A stretch of 64,000 nt of DNA from an uncultured Nitrososphaeraceae archaeon (GCA_963837175.1 CAWIMJ010000050.1:256001-320000); one strand, 5' to 3'; positions 22,030-34,279 are shown, numbered from the stretch's first letter. Made by a program: numbers and translations. Notes: generated by a model not told the origin, from the letters alone.

Positions 22030-22401
22030 TAGTCATGCTGTCTTTCTTAAGGCCGTAGAAAATAAAACAATATACAGCCGGTGCTTGGTCATATCGAGAA
22101 TAGGATAACTCATTGGCAGGTTGATGTCGAGTCTGAATGGCAAAGCCTTGGTATCGGAACTACACTTATGAAAGCCATTGATCAACAATTTGCATCCTTG
22201 GCCGATCGGTATGAACTCTTTGCTAGTCACAATAGCACTCGCAGTTTGCATCTTTATCAAAAGCTAGGATACTATGAATTCAAAAGAATTAAGGTGAATG
22301 ATTCGTTAATTTTGATATTAATAGAGAAGTATGTTAATATGAAAGAAATACTCGTAGATTATGCATACGATACCTTCTTTATCCATCAAGCCCCTACATA
22401 A
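22030..22401 (+). pseudogene. GNAT acetyltransferase fragment
   Basis: VESEWQSLGIGTTLM (acetyl-CoA motif A), SLHLYQKLGY; N-terminus missing. Confidence 0.7.
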
Positions 22402-22927
22402 ATGGAAGAATCGCTGGGTCTTTTTTTAATAACTTTCATTCTGGGTTCTTCGATTGTCAATTCGTATCCAAATTCCCAGCTTTATGATTACTCTTTATGA
22501 TTATATTAGGAATCAAAATATCCCTCTACTTTCTCGTAAATTATTTTATAAGCCTTCTTAATTATATCATCAAAATATCTTCATCATTGAATATTGTTGG
22601 TTTGGTACTGTTAGGTAAGTTTTGCTTTTCATTGCGGAAGATACATCAATTGTCTTTTGTTGCCTGAAATATAGTGTCATACTTCGCATCTGCGACAACT
22701 ACTGTGAAGTTCTTTGACAAAGAGATGCATTAAGGACTGCCTTCAATATTACTAAATAAATCTTCTATTATAGAGCCTAACGATAATGATGATTTACCAC
22801 TTGCCTAGAGAATAGTATGAAATAAAGAATTGAATGGAATAATTGGAACAATATACTCATATCAAATAGCACAATTTCTTATTGTCTATTGTTATATTGT
22901 TATCCGATACTGCTGCTGACCAGAAAT

Positions 22928-23572
22928 TTATTTATGTTTTATACAAAGACAATCATACAATTGCTTAAGGATTCTGGCGGTGGCTCCCCAAATAACCTCG
23001 CTTCGATAAGTGAATTTGTATATATCTTCTAAAGATGAGTCGTGATGGTGGTAGTAGTGGTAATAGTTGTTGTCTTTATCCATCGTTTGGAGAGTCTCTA
23101 GAAGCGGAGCATCAATAATATCTTGTACCTCATCAGTAAGAATAGTTGGAATCAAAGTTCTATCTTGCAAAGTAACAAATGGATATATAATAAAATTAGA
23201 AGTTAAAGTTGTCACTATGGGAAGATGACCAATTAAATCTGACTTTTGAAAATGTAGATTAATTTCTTCTTTTGTTTCTCTGATGGCAGTATCTGCTAAT
23301 GATGCATCTGATGCTTTATCAAAGCTACCACCTGGAAATGATACCTCATTTGCATGAGCAGTTATTGTTGAACTTCGCTTTGTTAAAAGAATACGTGGAA
23401 TCTTAATATTATTAGTCTCATTATTATCATTATTATAATAAATTATTACTAATACAGCTGCAAGACGACGAAAAGAAAAAGAATCTGAGATATCCTTAGG
23501 AGTTGCATTTAATAATTGAAATAGACGCAAGAATAGCTCATTTCTATTTAAGGTATACATGTATACATACAC
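22928..23572 (-). CDS. Nudix hydrolase, CoA pyrophosphatase (NudL-like)
   Basis: AAVL, LLTKRS..HANEVSFPGG, AIRETKEE, IWGATARIL. Confidence 0.9.
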   Translation of the reverse strand: MYVYMYTLNRNELFLRLFQLLNATPKDISDSFSFRRLAAVLVIIYYNNDNNETNNIKIPRILLTKRSSTITAHANEVSFPGGSFDKASDASLADTAIRETKEEINLHFQKSDLIGHLPIVTTLTSNFIIYPFVTLQDRTLIPTILTDEVQDIIDAPLLETLQTMDKDNNYYHYYHHHDSSLEDIYKFTYRSEVIWGATARILKQLYDCLCIKHK

Positions 23573-23852
23573 ATCTGACTATATAGGAAATAAATATAAG
23601 ATAAAATTTGTGTTTGTTTGCTTGTTTTTTATAAAGATAAAATGAAAATGACTTATATTCAGTCATCATTTGCATGTATATATAAATAGAAACATATCAT
23701 ATCATATCATATACAATAATAATACTTCTTTATTTTGTGTAAATACATGAAAAATTAGTAGTTTGTTATTTATTTGTTTTTTTGTCTGTGTGGAAGCTTT
23801 AGCCTCTCATTTAATAAACCCCTATCACAAAGAGAAGCCTTGCAGGTATACT

Positions 23853-24732
23853 ATGAAAATATCATACGAATTAAATCCTCCAAAAATAATGATTGATGAC
23901 GACCATTTTGATGTCATGAGGCTAAATCAAGAATTGCAAATTTTATTGAATCGATCTTCAGAATTAGTGAATCTAGTTAATGGCATTCATTTGACAGATT
24001 CCGTCCTTGGCATACCACGTGTATCTAGTATTACTGCAGCTAGCTACATAAAAAAAAATACAAGAGGAGGAAGAGGTAATAATAATAATAGATTGAAATT
24101 AAGCTGCAGCGTTAGAACAAGAGATAGAAATTTCACATCATTTTGCCAATTTGTTACAGATGCAATTCTTCTTGAAGTCGAAAGCTTACTTATTTTGAGA
24201 GGAGACGAACAAGCAGCAGCAAAATCAACTGCAGAAGGACTAGAAGGAGAAGGCAGGAGCAGGAACAGGAGAAAGAAGAAGAAGCAGAATAAGAGAAGAT
24301 GCCGGGCAAAAAAGTTCAGGACTTAAACCTACATCAATATTGTCTATCTTAAATGACAAGAAGTATGATAAATCAATTCATTTGAATTTATCTGTCCCAA
24401 GCAAGATCCTCTCCAACAACAGATCGTTATTTGAAAAGAAAATTGAAGCTAAACCATATTCTGTGGTAACACAGTTAATCTCGTCTCTTTCAGACCTAGG
24501 TGAGATAGTAGATATTGTAAAATCCTTTAAAATCAAAGTAGTGGCATGTGTGATGTTGCCTTCAGATAAGAACAGGCGATCGGCAGATATAATTGGATTA
24601 GATTGGAAGGAATACGAAAAAAATCCTGTTGATTTTATAAAGGCTGCAAGTACTCTAGCAGATGAAGTTCTTATTTCCTCTCCTAATAGTTTTAGAATGG
24701 GAATAGATCTGCTTAGAAGCCTAAGACAATAG
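23853..24732 (+). CDS. Methylenetetrahydrofolate reductase-like protein, frameshifted inside a low-complexity insert (about 24215-24310)
   Basis: YELNPPK, IHLTDS, RTRDRN, LILRGD, then KKIEA...VTQ in the next frame. Confidence 0.7.
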
Positions 24733-25113
24733 ACTAAGTAAAAACCACCGCTTATTGTTCTAATATAATATATATAATATTAATATTATAGCGTACAAGA
24801 ACAAAAATGATTGTAGCCATTTGCAATTATTCACGCAACAATTTGGACTTCTGTTAATACCAGAATTATATGGTAACACTACTCTCAATAGCACAATAGA
24901 ATAATAATGAGAAGATGGTATTCTAGTACTACTACCTTAATATTTTCTATAATAGAAATTCCAACTTTCTCAAATTTTTGGAGTCGGTAATTTGCTAATA
25001 ATTCTAAAAAACGATCTGATCAGTTTTATAGTGTCGCTTTGTGTCTTAAGGTGGATTTGAATAAGAATCAAAGAATTATTGCAACGTAATTGATTCTCTT
25101 GTTCTTATCAGAA

Positions 25114-25401
25114 CTAAAATACATCCTCGCTCCGTATGGTACCGTTTTCCATCACGCTCATCGTACTGTTTTCAACTACATTCGTACCATCACCTAATAT
25201 CATTCCTGAACCATTTGCAATCGATATTGTTGTGCCATTATTCATCTCCATCTCAACTAAATCTTCCCCTTCTTCTTGTGCTAGTATGATAGGTATAAAT
25301 GGAATATTGAGGGCAATAGTTATAGATGTTAAAGATAACGTCAAAATAGACAGCCAAAAGAGTATTGAGCGTATCGTGTGTTCTTTGTTATTCATAAACA
25401 C
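25114..25401 (-). CDS. Small exported protein with acidic NGT-type short repeats
   Basis: N-terminal hydrophobic helix followed by AQEEGED and repeated N-G/S-T motifs. Confidence 0.55.
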   Translation of the reverse strand: MFMNNKEHTIRSILFWLSILTLSLTSITIALNIPFIPIILAQEEGEDLVEMEMNNGTTISIANGSGMILGDGTNVVENSTMSVMENGTIRSEDVF

Positions 25402-25610
25402 AGCAAAGGCTTACTAGAAATTTATGCTTTTGTATGTCGGATCAAATGCAATCTTCATTTTTGCAATCCATTTGTTGAGTTGTGATTTACTTGTAGATAA
25501 GGCTCACGAAACCAGAAATTAAGTTCCCTCGAAATTTATCCTCCATTTAATAAGGAAATGAGGAGAGCAAGAATATTAATTAAACAATATCTTTTTCTAT
25601 ATAATCAAAA

Positions 25611-26402
25611 TCAAAATCTGTCCTCCAGTTTTCGAGCTGCAATTATTTCTGACTTGAGTTCATCTAAGACTTGTCGTTGATATTGATGTAAATTACTATC
25701 TTCACTTAATCTAGGTCTTCTATAATCAACTTTGATCTCTTTCTTCACTTTACCTGGTCTACTCGAAAATACTACAATCTTATCACCTAGACAAACTGAT
25801 TCAGTTATATTATGACTAACGAATGCAATTGTTTTTCTTGTTCTGGCCCATATCAATTGTAATTCTACGAGCAGCAAATCTCTCGTTTGAGAATCCAATG
25901 CGGCAAAAGGTTCATCCATTAGCAATACCTCAGGGTCCATAACAAGAGCTCGTGCTATTGCAACTCTCTGCTTCATACCACCAGATAATTGATATGTAAA
26001 AGCTTCTGAAAATCTTGTCAATTGCATCATATCGAGGTAATGAATAGCTATTGTGTGTCTTTTTTCTTTTTGAATTCCTGCCATCTTCAAACCAAATTCT
26101 ATATTATCAATTACTTTAAGCCAAGGGAATAATGCATTTTCCTGAAAAACCATAATTCTATCAGGTCCCGTTTGACTGACCGGCTGCCCATTTAATATTA
26201 TCTCACCTTCGGTAGGTTTATCCAAACCGGCTAGTATATTCAGTAGAGTTGATTTACCGCATCCAGAAGGACCAACAAAACAAACAAATTCGCCTTCTTC
26301 GATGGACAAATTTATATTCTCTATTGCATTAAAGGAAATGGTATCATTTTCGTGTTTTGCTTTAAAGCTTTTTGTGATATTTTTAACTTCGAGTTTGGTC
26401 AA
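25611..26402 (-). CDS. ABC transporter ATPase, nitrate/sulfonate/taurine (NrtD/SsuB/TauB) type
   Basis: GPSGCGKS, VFQENALFPW, LSGGMKQR, MDEPFAALD. Confidence 0.92.
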   Translation of the reverse strand: MTKLEVKNITKSFKAKHENDTISFNAIENINLSIEEGEFVCFVGPSGCGKSTLLNILAGLDKPTEGEIILNGQPVSQTGPDRIMVFQENALFPWLKVIDNIEFGLKMAGIQKEKRHTIAIHYLDMMQLTRFSEAFTYQLSGGMKQRVAIARALVMDPEVLLMDEPFAALDSQTRDLLLVELQLIWARTRKTIAFVSHNITESVCLGDKIVVFSSRPGKVKKEIKVDYRRPRLSEDSNLHQYQRQVLDELKSEIIAARKLEDRF

Positions 26403-26729
26403 CTTGTATTACTCTCATAAAGGAGGTTGTTAAAGTATGATATCCTTGAATTTATCTATTTTTATAACAAACTACATCATAGAATCAGTCTGCTTTAGCT
26501 CATTATTGGTTACACTTAACATGTGAACTAAATTAGAATAGATGCCTGATGTATGATATAAGCAATGGCTATTCTTGATAATGATAAAATTCTCTAAATT
26601 TTAATTGAATTTAATAGAGATACCTAAAACCCAATTATAAATTAAGTCTCTCAAAATCAACTCGACTATATTTGACATAATTTTGTCTGATTTGAATTGA
26701 CACATAAGAACTAATATACATAGAGATTA

Positions 26730-27914
26730 CTATCTTCGGAGAACATCTAATATCTCGTTTATCCTAGCGTTAGTTTTAAATGCCGAAGGGTTGAAACTTG
26801 TTTTAGAAGCTCTATAACCAGCTGATGATAGTTTATCTACGACAGTTTGTAACGGATATGGATTTATTCTCAACTTGGAAGCAATATCATCACCTCGAAA
26901 GTAATAAGGAATATCATCGAGTTCATCCAGACAGATCGAGAATAACTTCTGACAACGATCCATCTCCTTCATTGCTTGAATACCGTCGTTCACGGACTGA
27001 TGAGTAACAGATTTGCCTATGAATTCTTTATCGAATAATTTGTTAATCCACAACTGACCAGCGATACTAAAATTATTACCGCAGATTTCACAAACTTCTG
27101 ACATGTCGTGTCTTTTTACAACGTTTCTATTTCCGCATTTAAAACAGTGTCGTAAATATCCAATATTATCATATACCTTGTTTGCCTTACTACTGCTTAC
27201 CAAGACTCTGACATAGATTCTCAAGTAATGTAAATTAGCATGAACAAATATTGGCTCAATAGCAAGATCCAATCTTGAGGCGGTTAATGCAATTAAAGAG
27301 ATAACAAGACGAAGAGCTATTTCATTAGTATAATGCGTATTGAGAGATCTTCCATAATATCTACGATGACAAATAACCGGATACACGCCACACAGGACTG
27401 TTGTGTCTGTTGCAGTGATGGAAATCAATCCACCATCAAGGATCGATCTTAGGACACAATCTACGAAAGGCGCCGGTGTTCCGAAAGGGTCGAGATCAAT
27501 TATGTCAAACCTTTCTCCAGTTAATGTTGAATGTTCTGTTAGAAATTTACAAACCTCATTAATAGAGTAGTAACACTTTTCTGTAACTTGATTTAACTCT
27601 GCAGCCTTTTTTGCTGCCTCAATTGCTATAAAGTTAGTGTCATTAAGATATATATTTTCTATCCCAGGCACTTCAACTGCTACTCTCAATGCTCTTGCTC
27701 CTATACCACTGAAGGCATCTGCAAATGATTTAGCATGTTCTTTGCTTCCTGAAATGAAGGTTCTATAGATTAATACGGATATGTCTCTGTTCAACTTAGC
27801 AGCAGGATTAAAAAAAGCTGGCGTCTTTGGTGGAGTCTTCTTGTTTAAAGATGCAGCTGGAACTAACAATCTAGTATTTCCCTCAACACTTTCCAGGAAT
27901 TCTTGGCTAATCAT
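26730..27914 (-). CDS. trm1: tRNA (guanine-26 N2)-dimethyltransferase
   Basis: FFNP...NRD, GARALR, DLDPFGTP, TATD, CxxC..CxxC, AGQLW. Confidence 0.93.
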   Translation of the reverse strand: MISQEFLESVEGNTRLLVPAASLNKKTPPKTPAFFNPAAKLNRDISVLIYRTFISGSKEHAKSFADAFSGIGARALRVAVEVPGIENIYLNDTNFIAIEAAKKAAELNQVTEKCYYSINEVCKFLTEHSTLTGERFDIIDLDPFGTPAPFVDCVLRSILDGGLISITATDTTVLCGVYPVICHRRYYGRSLNTHYTNEIALRLVISLIALTASRLDLAIEPIFVHANLHYLRIYVRVLVSSSKANKVYDNIGYLRHCFKCGNRNVVKRHDMSEVCEICGNNFSIAGQLWINKLFDKEFIGKSVTHQSVNDGIQAMKEMDRCQKLFSICLDELDDIPYYFRGDDIASKLRINPYPLQTVVDKLSSAGYRASKTSFNPSAFKTNARINEILDVLRR

Positions 27915-28032
27915 AAAAATAAACTGTTCTTTATATATAGAAGAATAGATTGGATAATAAGAATTATTAGCATTATGTCGCAAACATAAAATATAGATTA
28001 CAAGTCATATCTAGTGAAAGGATCAAATATTA

Positions 28033-28707
28033 TTGCAGTGCTCTAAAGATATTCTAATAGGAGGTGTTGATGAAGCAGGACGTGGTTCCATTATCGGTCC
28101 ATTGATAATAGCAGGAATATCTGTCAGAGATTCAAAGATGTCTGAATTGTCTAAAATCGGCGTTAAAGATTCCAAAAAGCTAACAAAAAAATTACGCGCA
28201 AATATGTTTTTTAGCATAGTAGATTTGGCAGATTCTCTTTGTATATACAAAATTGACTGCGATGAAATAGATGATAATGTTTTTTTGAATAAACTTAACA
28301 AGTTGGAAGCTGAAGCAATGGCTGCAGTTATTAATAATCTTCATGTCGATGAAGTCTATATCGATTCCTGTGATGTTAATCAGGAACGATACAAAGAATG
28401 CGTAAAATGTGGTGTAGTTTCATACAATACAAAACTATATTCTATGCACCATGCTGATCGATTGAATTTAGTAGTATCTGCGGCATCAATTATTGCAAAA
28501 ATAGTAAGGGATAATGAGATTCAGGCAATTAGAAGAATACATCACACCATAGGAAGTGGATATCCTTCAGATGAGAAAACAATGTATTTTATTCGAGAAT
28601 GGGTAAAGAAATATAAAAATGCACCAAGCTTTGCAAGGAAATCTTGGAGACCATTAAGGATGATGCTTTATCAAAAATCTTCAGACAAACTGACTTACTT
28701 TGGATAG
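28033..28707 (+). CDS. rnhB: Ribonuclease HII
   Basis: GVDEAGRG, VKDSKKL, VSAASIIAK, GSGYPSD, RKSW. Confidence 0.95.
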   Translation: MQCSKDILIGGVDEAGRGSIIGPLIIAGISVRDSKMSELSKIGVKDSKKLTKKLRANMFFSIVDLADSLCIYKIDCDEIDDNVFLNKLNKLEAEAMAAVINNLHVDEVYIDSCDVNQERYKECVKCGVVSYNTKLYSMHHADRLNLVVSAASIIAKIVRDNEIQAIRRIHHTIGSGYPSDEKTMYFIREWVKKYKNAPSFARKSWRPLRMMLYQKSSDKLTYFG

Positions 28708-29423
28708 TAAATGGCATAGACTAAGGCATGATCCTTATCAAATGGTTCCAGATCTATTATCTGTTCAATTCGAAATCCTGTTCTTTCTATTTTTTTTGCT
28801 TCTTGTGTTACAACCGATTTGGGATCCATCGTTACGTCGATGCTGCGTGTTTTAATGACTATCAGCATTGCACCTTTTGGTTTTAGATAGATAAGACAAT
28901 TTCCTATGGCAATTTCAGTTTGATCAGGCTGGGCTATATCCGAGTATACTACATCTACCTTACCAAAAATTGAAAAATACGCTTTGGGTTTTCTTGCGTC
29001 TTCTAGAATAGGAATAACATTTCTTCTTTTTGAGGCGACGTTTTCAATTAGTTCTCTTGCCACTCGCACAGCAGGTTCAACTGCAAATACAATTCCTTTG
29101 AATCCTACAATATCAGAAATGTGGCTGACCGTAGTACCAGTAGAAGCCCCTAAATACAATACCTTTGTACCATTCATTAGAGGCAATTGTTTTAATCCCT
29201 TTTTCAAAGCTCCGGCAAGCTTGCTCCTGAAAGGATCCCATATTCGATATTCCTCTCCATTATATTTGACTAGTTTTTCTCCGTAAACATTGTTTCCTTT
29301 AATAAGGTTTAATGTTGAGATGTGTTTCTCTCCAGAAACTTTGATCCATTCTATTAAAGAAATATGAGAATGATCTTTAGCAATCGAAACGTCATTATTA
29401 TTATTAGTCATAGTTATGATCAT
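28695..29423 (-). CDS. flpA: Fibrillarin, C/D RNP 2'-O-methyltransferase
   Basis: VYGEK, YRIWDPFRSKLA, VLYLGASTGTTVSHISD, DIAQPDQ. Confidence 0.95.
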   Translation of the reverse strand: MIITMTNNNNDVSIAKDHSHISLIEWIKVSGEKHISTLNLIKGNNVYGEKLVKYNGEEYRIWDPFRSKLAGALKKGLKQLPLMNGTKVLYLGASTGTTVSHISDIVGFKGIVFAVEPAVRVARELIENVASKRRNVIPILEDARKPKAYFSIFGKVDVVYSDIAQPDQTEIAIGNCLIYLKPKGAMLIVIKTRSIDVTMDPKSVVTQEAKKIERTGFRIEQIIDLEPFDKDHALVYAIYYPK

Positions 29424-29522
29424 CTTCTCTTACTATATTACTTGTACTTTCTGACATCTGATTCTCAAAGCACAAGAAAGATACAGAAAAAATGACGGCT
29501 CTCCTATCTTGAAATAATCAGT

Positions 29523-30798
29523 TTAATATCTTCGCTTTGCAAATCTCCTTCGATCATTCTTTCTAGGTTTATTTTTATTATATCTGTCTTTTTTAACAAA
29601 AGAAAATTGATGCTGTCGTTGTTGATGTTCTCTATATTTTCTGTCCCTTTTATTCTCTGGCACTGGTTCCTTATACTTTTGTTGAATCTCTTCAATTCGC
29701 CTCTTTAACTTTTCAGAGACTGAGGAATCTTTTCCACTGTGACGATATAGATCTATCCTTGCCGCTATTGCAACTTTAGAGGCTATAGCTCTTGCGATCT
29801 TACCACGCTGCCACCGCGGCGAAGAATGAATTAGAGGATGTTGGAATAATATACCATGTTTAGGAGGACGCGCACCTGTCTTCAATGACCTAAACAACGC
29901 CTTTTCGGCGCCTAAGACTTGAATGGTCACTGGAAGGTAGAAATGCTAACTTGTTTAAACTTCCTGCCTTTGCAATAATCCGAGCTCCCACGGTGGCGGT
30001 AAGCAAATCCTTAACATTGGGAGCAATATTATCCATCGAGACTTCAATGTGTTCTGATAATATTCTACGTAATTCTGACAGAGAAATGACTTCCTCAGCT
30101 AGCTTCCTTACTATCACGAGATTTTCCGGAGCTATATCTCCACCCTTACTTCGCTTAGCAGCGTCTATTATTATCTCACTCTTTTTGTTCTGTACGCCCG
30201 CATTTTCCAAAATCTCTTCAGTTAGATTTGCACGAACACCACTTCTGCTTACTATTTCTGCAAATGCTGTGAGGCTTTGGATTAAATTATCTAGCTCTGG
30301 AAAATGAAGCCCATACCATTCACGCATTCTAGCACCAATAGTATTAGTTATTTTATCCAATTCATCCAATGCATTGATTGATTGAATAATATGAAGATCA
30401 AGTCTTTCGGATGTTTCTTTTACCCTACTTGATGATAACTCGATAGCAAAATTTCTCAATAACTCCATTGCCTGTGTTTCGTTGTCTGCGAATTTTGAAG
30501 ATACCAACAGGACAGGTTTGGTGTTCTGAAATTCGTCTTGTTTTTCTTGCGGCATTATATGGCTATTCAATCCCGCCTGTCTGAAATGAAAAGCTAAACT
30601 AGGTTCGTTAACTAATATATCATTATAAGAATTCAATATATCAATAATCTGAGTAATTTCGGGAAGTTTGCTTCCACCCTTCACTAAACGAAAGGAATTT
30701 ACAGGATTGTCAAATTTAACTGATTTTATTAGATTATTCTTGTCATCAAAGACTGCTAGTCCTAATTCCATTAAAACAACAAAGCAATACTTAGCCAT
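29523..30798 (-). CDS. nop5: Nop5 (Nop56/58) C/D RNP subunit with a 1-nt insertion near 29930
   Basis: [11 protein letters not shown] and APN in ORF1; [22 protein letters not shown] in ORF2; removing one G restores [13 protein letters not shown]. Confidence 0.93.
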
Positions 30799-31558
30799 TA
30801 TGCAACTGTTTCTTAGATATAGCCATTAAAAAAGATACCATTAACTAGTATTTGTAAATCAAATCCTCAGTCCTCAATCCGCCTCTGCTTCCAAACAAAT
30901 TTATTAAAAGAAATAAAGCCATTTGTGATTTATCTTAAAAAGAAAAGAACATTTGAAATCATAAATGTTATACAACCTATTTAAGAATATTCGGCCAATT
31001 CTATTACATAAATTATGGATATAAAAGGAGATTAACGATATTTGAATTGATATTCTTTAAGAATGAAAATACACTGTTTGTAACCATGAGATTATCAAAA
31101 TCACGATTCACCGGTCCAAGTCATTTACCCAAGCAAGTCTTAATATGATCTACCTCACTTTATGTGCTTTCTGTTAAACGATTCCAAAAAACAAAGGTAT
31201 ATTTATTGTAGTCTAACGCATTGGATTATATTCGATGAAATTCCTTTAATCTTACCTACCAAGCTTTGTAATATAACTCTGTCATCTTAGATTTTTGATT
31301 CTTTCAGTTTTTAGAGATTGCTGCAACATATTATTGGCAATCATCCCAAAAAATATTGTATACCACTACAAATTTTCTTGACTGGTTAACATAATTTTCT
31401 CTAATTTATCTGGTCAGATAAAGATAGTAAGATTTGTTATTGTCGATCTATATTATAGTATTTTGTAACTTTATCAAGATATATTCATGAATATATCATA
31501 TTTTCTAGCTAGGCAAAAAATTAAAGTGATAGTGTCTTATAAATAATCTTACAATTTC

Positions 31559-32962
31559 TTAGGTATTACTTGTCGCCGCTGCTCTGGCAATTACTTCAGA
31601 AAGAGCTGGATGTATATGAATAGTTTTTGTTATATTCTGAACCGTACCGTCTCCAGCTTTCATTGCTACCAAAACTTCATGAATCAGAGTGGATGCATCA
31701 GTTCCAATAATATGGCATCCAAGAATCTTTTTATCATTACTACTTACAAGAAACTTTACAAAACCATCTCTGTCTTGTATTGCTTCCCCCATCCCTGTCA
31801 TTATATATGGATAAATTGACTTCTGATAGTCTATCCCTTTTAAACTCAATTGCTGTTCAGTAAACCCCACGCCAGCGACTTGAGGTGAACTAAATATTGC
31901 GTGCGGCATAGCGGTATAGTCAACAGGAACCTTTTTCGTGTCAGGGACTAGCATATTGTGATAAGCATATCGAGCCTCGTTATTGGCATTATGCTTGAAT
32001 TGATAACGTCCAACTACATCTCCTAGTGCAAATATTCCTTTGATATTGGTTTCAAGATATTGATCTACCAAAACGAAACCGTTTTCATCAAGCTTGACAT
32101 CTGTTTTTATGATATCAAGAGAATCTGAAGTAGGTTCTCTTCCAACAGCAATCAATAACTGCTCGGAATTTAATTCTAACATTTTTCCAGAGAATTTATT
32201 TTTTGCCACAATATGGAATATATTAGAATCATCCTTAAACACCAATTCTACATTATATCCCAAATATACATTGTACTTTTTGGAAAAAACCTCGGTAAAC
32301 TTTTGTGAAATTTCCTTATCCTCCTTTGGAATAAGTACTTCTTCAATCTGGACGATATTAATCTCTGTTCCAAGGCTGCCATAAAAATGAGCTAATTCGC
32401 ATGTTATGTATCCTCCACCTATAAAAGTAAGACTACGCGGTTGTCGTTTGAGACGCAAGGATTCATCGCTAGTAATATATCCGCTCTCTTGCAATCCTTT
32501 AATTTTTGGAATTTTAGGTCTAGTACCGGAAGCAATCAAAATGTTTTCTGCAGTTATTATGACTTCATCATTCACATTTGTTCCACCAAGAGCAATCATT
32601 TTTTTGCCGACAAATCTGCATTCCTTAGCAAAAAGCTTGGGGTTATCAGAATTCTCATATGACTTTCTAATGGCAGCTGAATGAGAATCAGTTATAGTAT
32701 TTACTCTTTCAATAATCTTTTCGAAATCGACAGAGAAACCATCAACTTTTATTCCAAAAATACCAGCATTTTTGATTACTTCAGCTACATCTGCACTATG
32801 TATTAGTAGTTTTGATGGAATACATCCCCTATTAAGACAGGTGCCACCCATTTTATCTTTTTCAATAATTGCAACCTTAAGTCCATGTTGAGATGCAGCA
32901 GCGTTAGCAACATCGAGTCCAGATCCACTTCCAATAACAATAAGATCAAATTTCTCTTGCAA
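31559..32962 (-). CDS. Pyridine nucleotide-disulfide oxidoreductase (dihydrolipoamide DH / mycothione reductase-like)
   Basis: IGSGSG, GGTCLNRGCIPSK, GGGYI, HIHPALSE. Confidence 0.9.
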   Translation of the reverse strand: MQEKFDLIVIGSGSGLDVANAAASQHGLKVAIIEKDKMGGTCLNRGCIPSKLLIHSADVAEVIKNAGIFGIKVDGFSVDFEKIIERVNTITDSHSAAIRKSYENSDNPKLFAKECRFVGKKMIALGGTNVNDEVIITAENILIASGTRPKIPKIKGLQESGYITSDESLRLKRQPRSLTFIGGGYITCELAHFYGSLGTEINIVQIEEVLIPKEDKEISQKFTEVFSKKYNVYLGYNVELVFKDDSNIFHIVAKNKFSGKMLELNSEQLLIAVGREPTSDSLDIIKTDVKLDENGFVLVDQYLETNIKGIFALGDVVGRYQFKHNANNEARYAYHNMLVPDTKKVPVDYTAMPHAIFSSPQVAGVGFTEQQLSLKGIDYQKSIYPYIMTGMGEAIQDRDGFVKFLVSSNDKKILGCHIIGTDASTLIHEVLVAMKAGDGTVQNITKTIHIHPALSEVIARAAATSNT

Positions 32963-33653
32963 TTTGACTATTATTTAGTTATCCTAGTTTAGATAAAGAT
33001 TTATCCTAAATATCTATTGCTTTTCTCTCAAATCGAATTATCTTTTTCTTCTTTATTTCTTCTAGCTCCATCTGTCTTCTCCCTCTCTCTCCATGCTTTG
33101 TGTTTAGTTTTATTTGAACTTAATAATTCAACAATCCAATATGAACACTCTATAGTAAAAACTACATCAAGTAAGGTAAGGATGGAATATTTGGGAACCA
33201 AACTTTGTTTATAGTTGACTTTATTGTTGCTCAAATAGTTACAATAATGCAGGAAATTGAGGTCAGACATAGCACTGATAATAGCAAAATTCAGAAGCAA
33301 ATAGGAATTTACGATTAAAAAGGGATTGAAATTGTTAGGCAGTAACTGATAGAGTAGAGTATATGGGAAAGACTAAATGGCAAACCGGACATCAAATCAA
33401 AACTATAGTCAGTAAATTGTAGATGTCCTAGTGTGCTTTCTATTGCACTAGACGCAATGGCTGTACCAATCTCATAGCAAATTATTCTAAAATATTTGGA
33501 TATAAGTGGACATAAAATTATTGACTTTAATAATCTTCAAATTATAGCTTGCTTCGAGTTATTTTCCTACACATCCTATAATTTGAAACTTCTCTATCAA
33601 GGAATTAAACCTAAATATGGCAAGACATCTGAGTTAAACAGAACTTATTAATT

Positions 33654-34229
33654 ATGATTGTAAAGCTTCAACTTGTTGGTAGGATATTAATCATATTTAC
33701 CATAGTGCTTAGTGTTTCTATGTATGTAACGGTTAAGCCTTCTATATCGTCTTCTTTTTCAAATGTTGCAGGAGAAGAAGACAATCGAAATTTTCTCAAT
33801 GGTATCGATATTCCAAAGGATACATATTTACAGGCACGAGCTATCGTAAACGGCTTTGAGTTGACTACAGATTTAGCTATTACAGCTGACCAAAAGGCAG
33901 AAGGTTTAGCAGTGAAAGACCATTTAAAAGAAAATGAGGGAATGCTATTTGTTTCTGAACAATCCTCGAGGCAGAGCTTTTGGATGAAAGATATGAAATT
34001 TCCCATTGATATTATTTGGTTGGATAGTAATGGCACAGTAGTTCATATTGAACATACTCTCCAGCCTTGTATTTCTGTTCTAAACCCTGCTGCCTCTATT
34101 CAAAGCTGTCCAATATATACTCCTGATAAAGATTCTCAATATGTATTGGAGACTATAGCAGGTTTTTCTCAAAAGCATAATGTCAAGATAGGAACACATA
34201 TTGACTTCTATTTTGCCTCTACTGCATAA
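33654..34229 (+). CDS. DUF192 family membrane-anchored protein
   Basis: GMLFV, FWMKDMKFPIDIIW, YVLE..AG; N-terminal TM helix. Confidence 0.88.
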   Translation: MIVKLQLVGRILIIFTIVLSVSMYVTVKPSISSSFSNVAGEEDNRNFLNGIDIPKDTYLQARAIVNGFELTTDLAITADQKAEGLAVKDHLKENEGMLFVSEQSSRQSFWMKDMKFPIDIIWLDSNGTVVHIEHTLQPCISVLNPAASIQSCPIYTPDKDSQYVLETIAGFSQKHNVKIGTHIDFYFASTA

Positions 34230-34279
34230 AAAAGTGCCATATATATGTATATACATATATATATGTATATGTATACATC

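Noticed and set aside
29920-29945. Programmed frameshift in nop5
   Set aside because: No slippery sequence; a single extra G is more simply a sequencing error
33017-33300. Overlapping 65- and 90-aa ORFs
   Set aside because: Probably decayed membrane-protein debris; no family recognisable
34238-34278. AT/AC alternating palindromic tract
   Set aside because: Simple low-complexity sequence at an IS boundary
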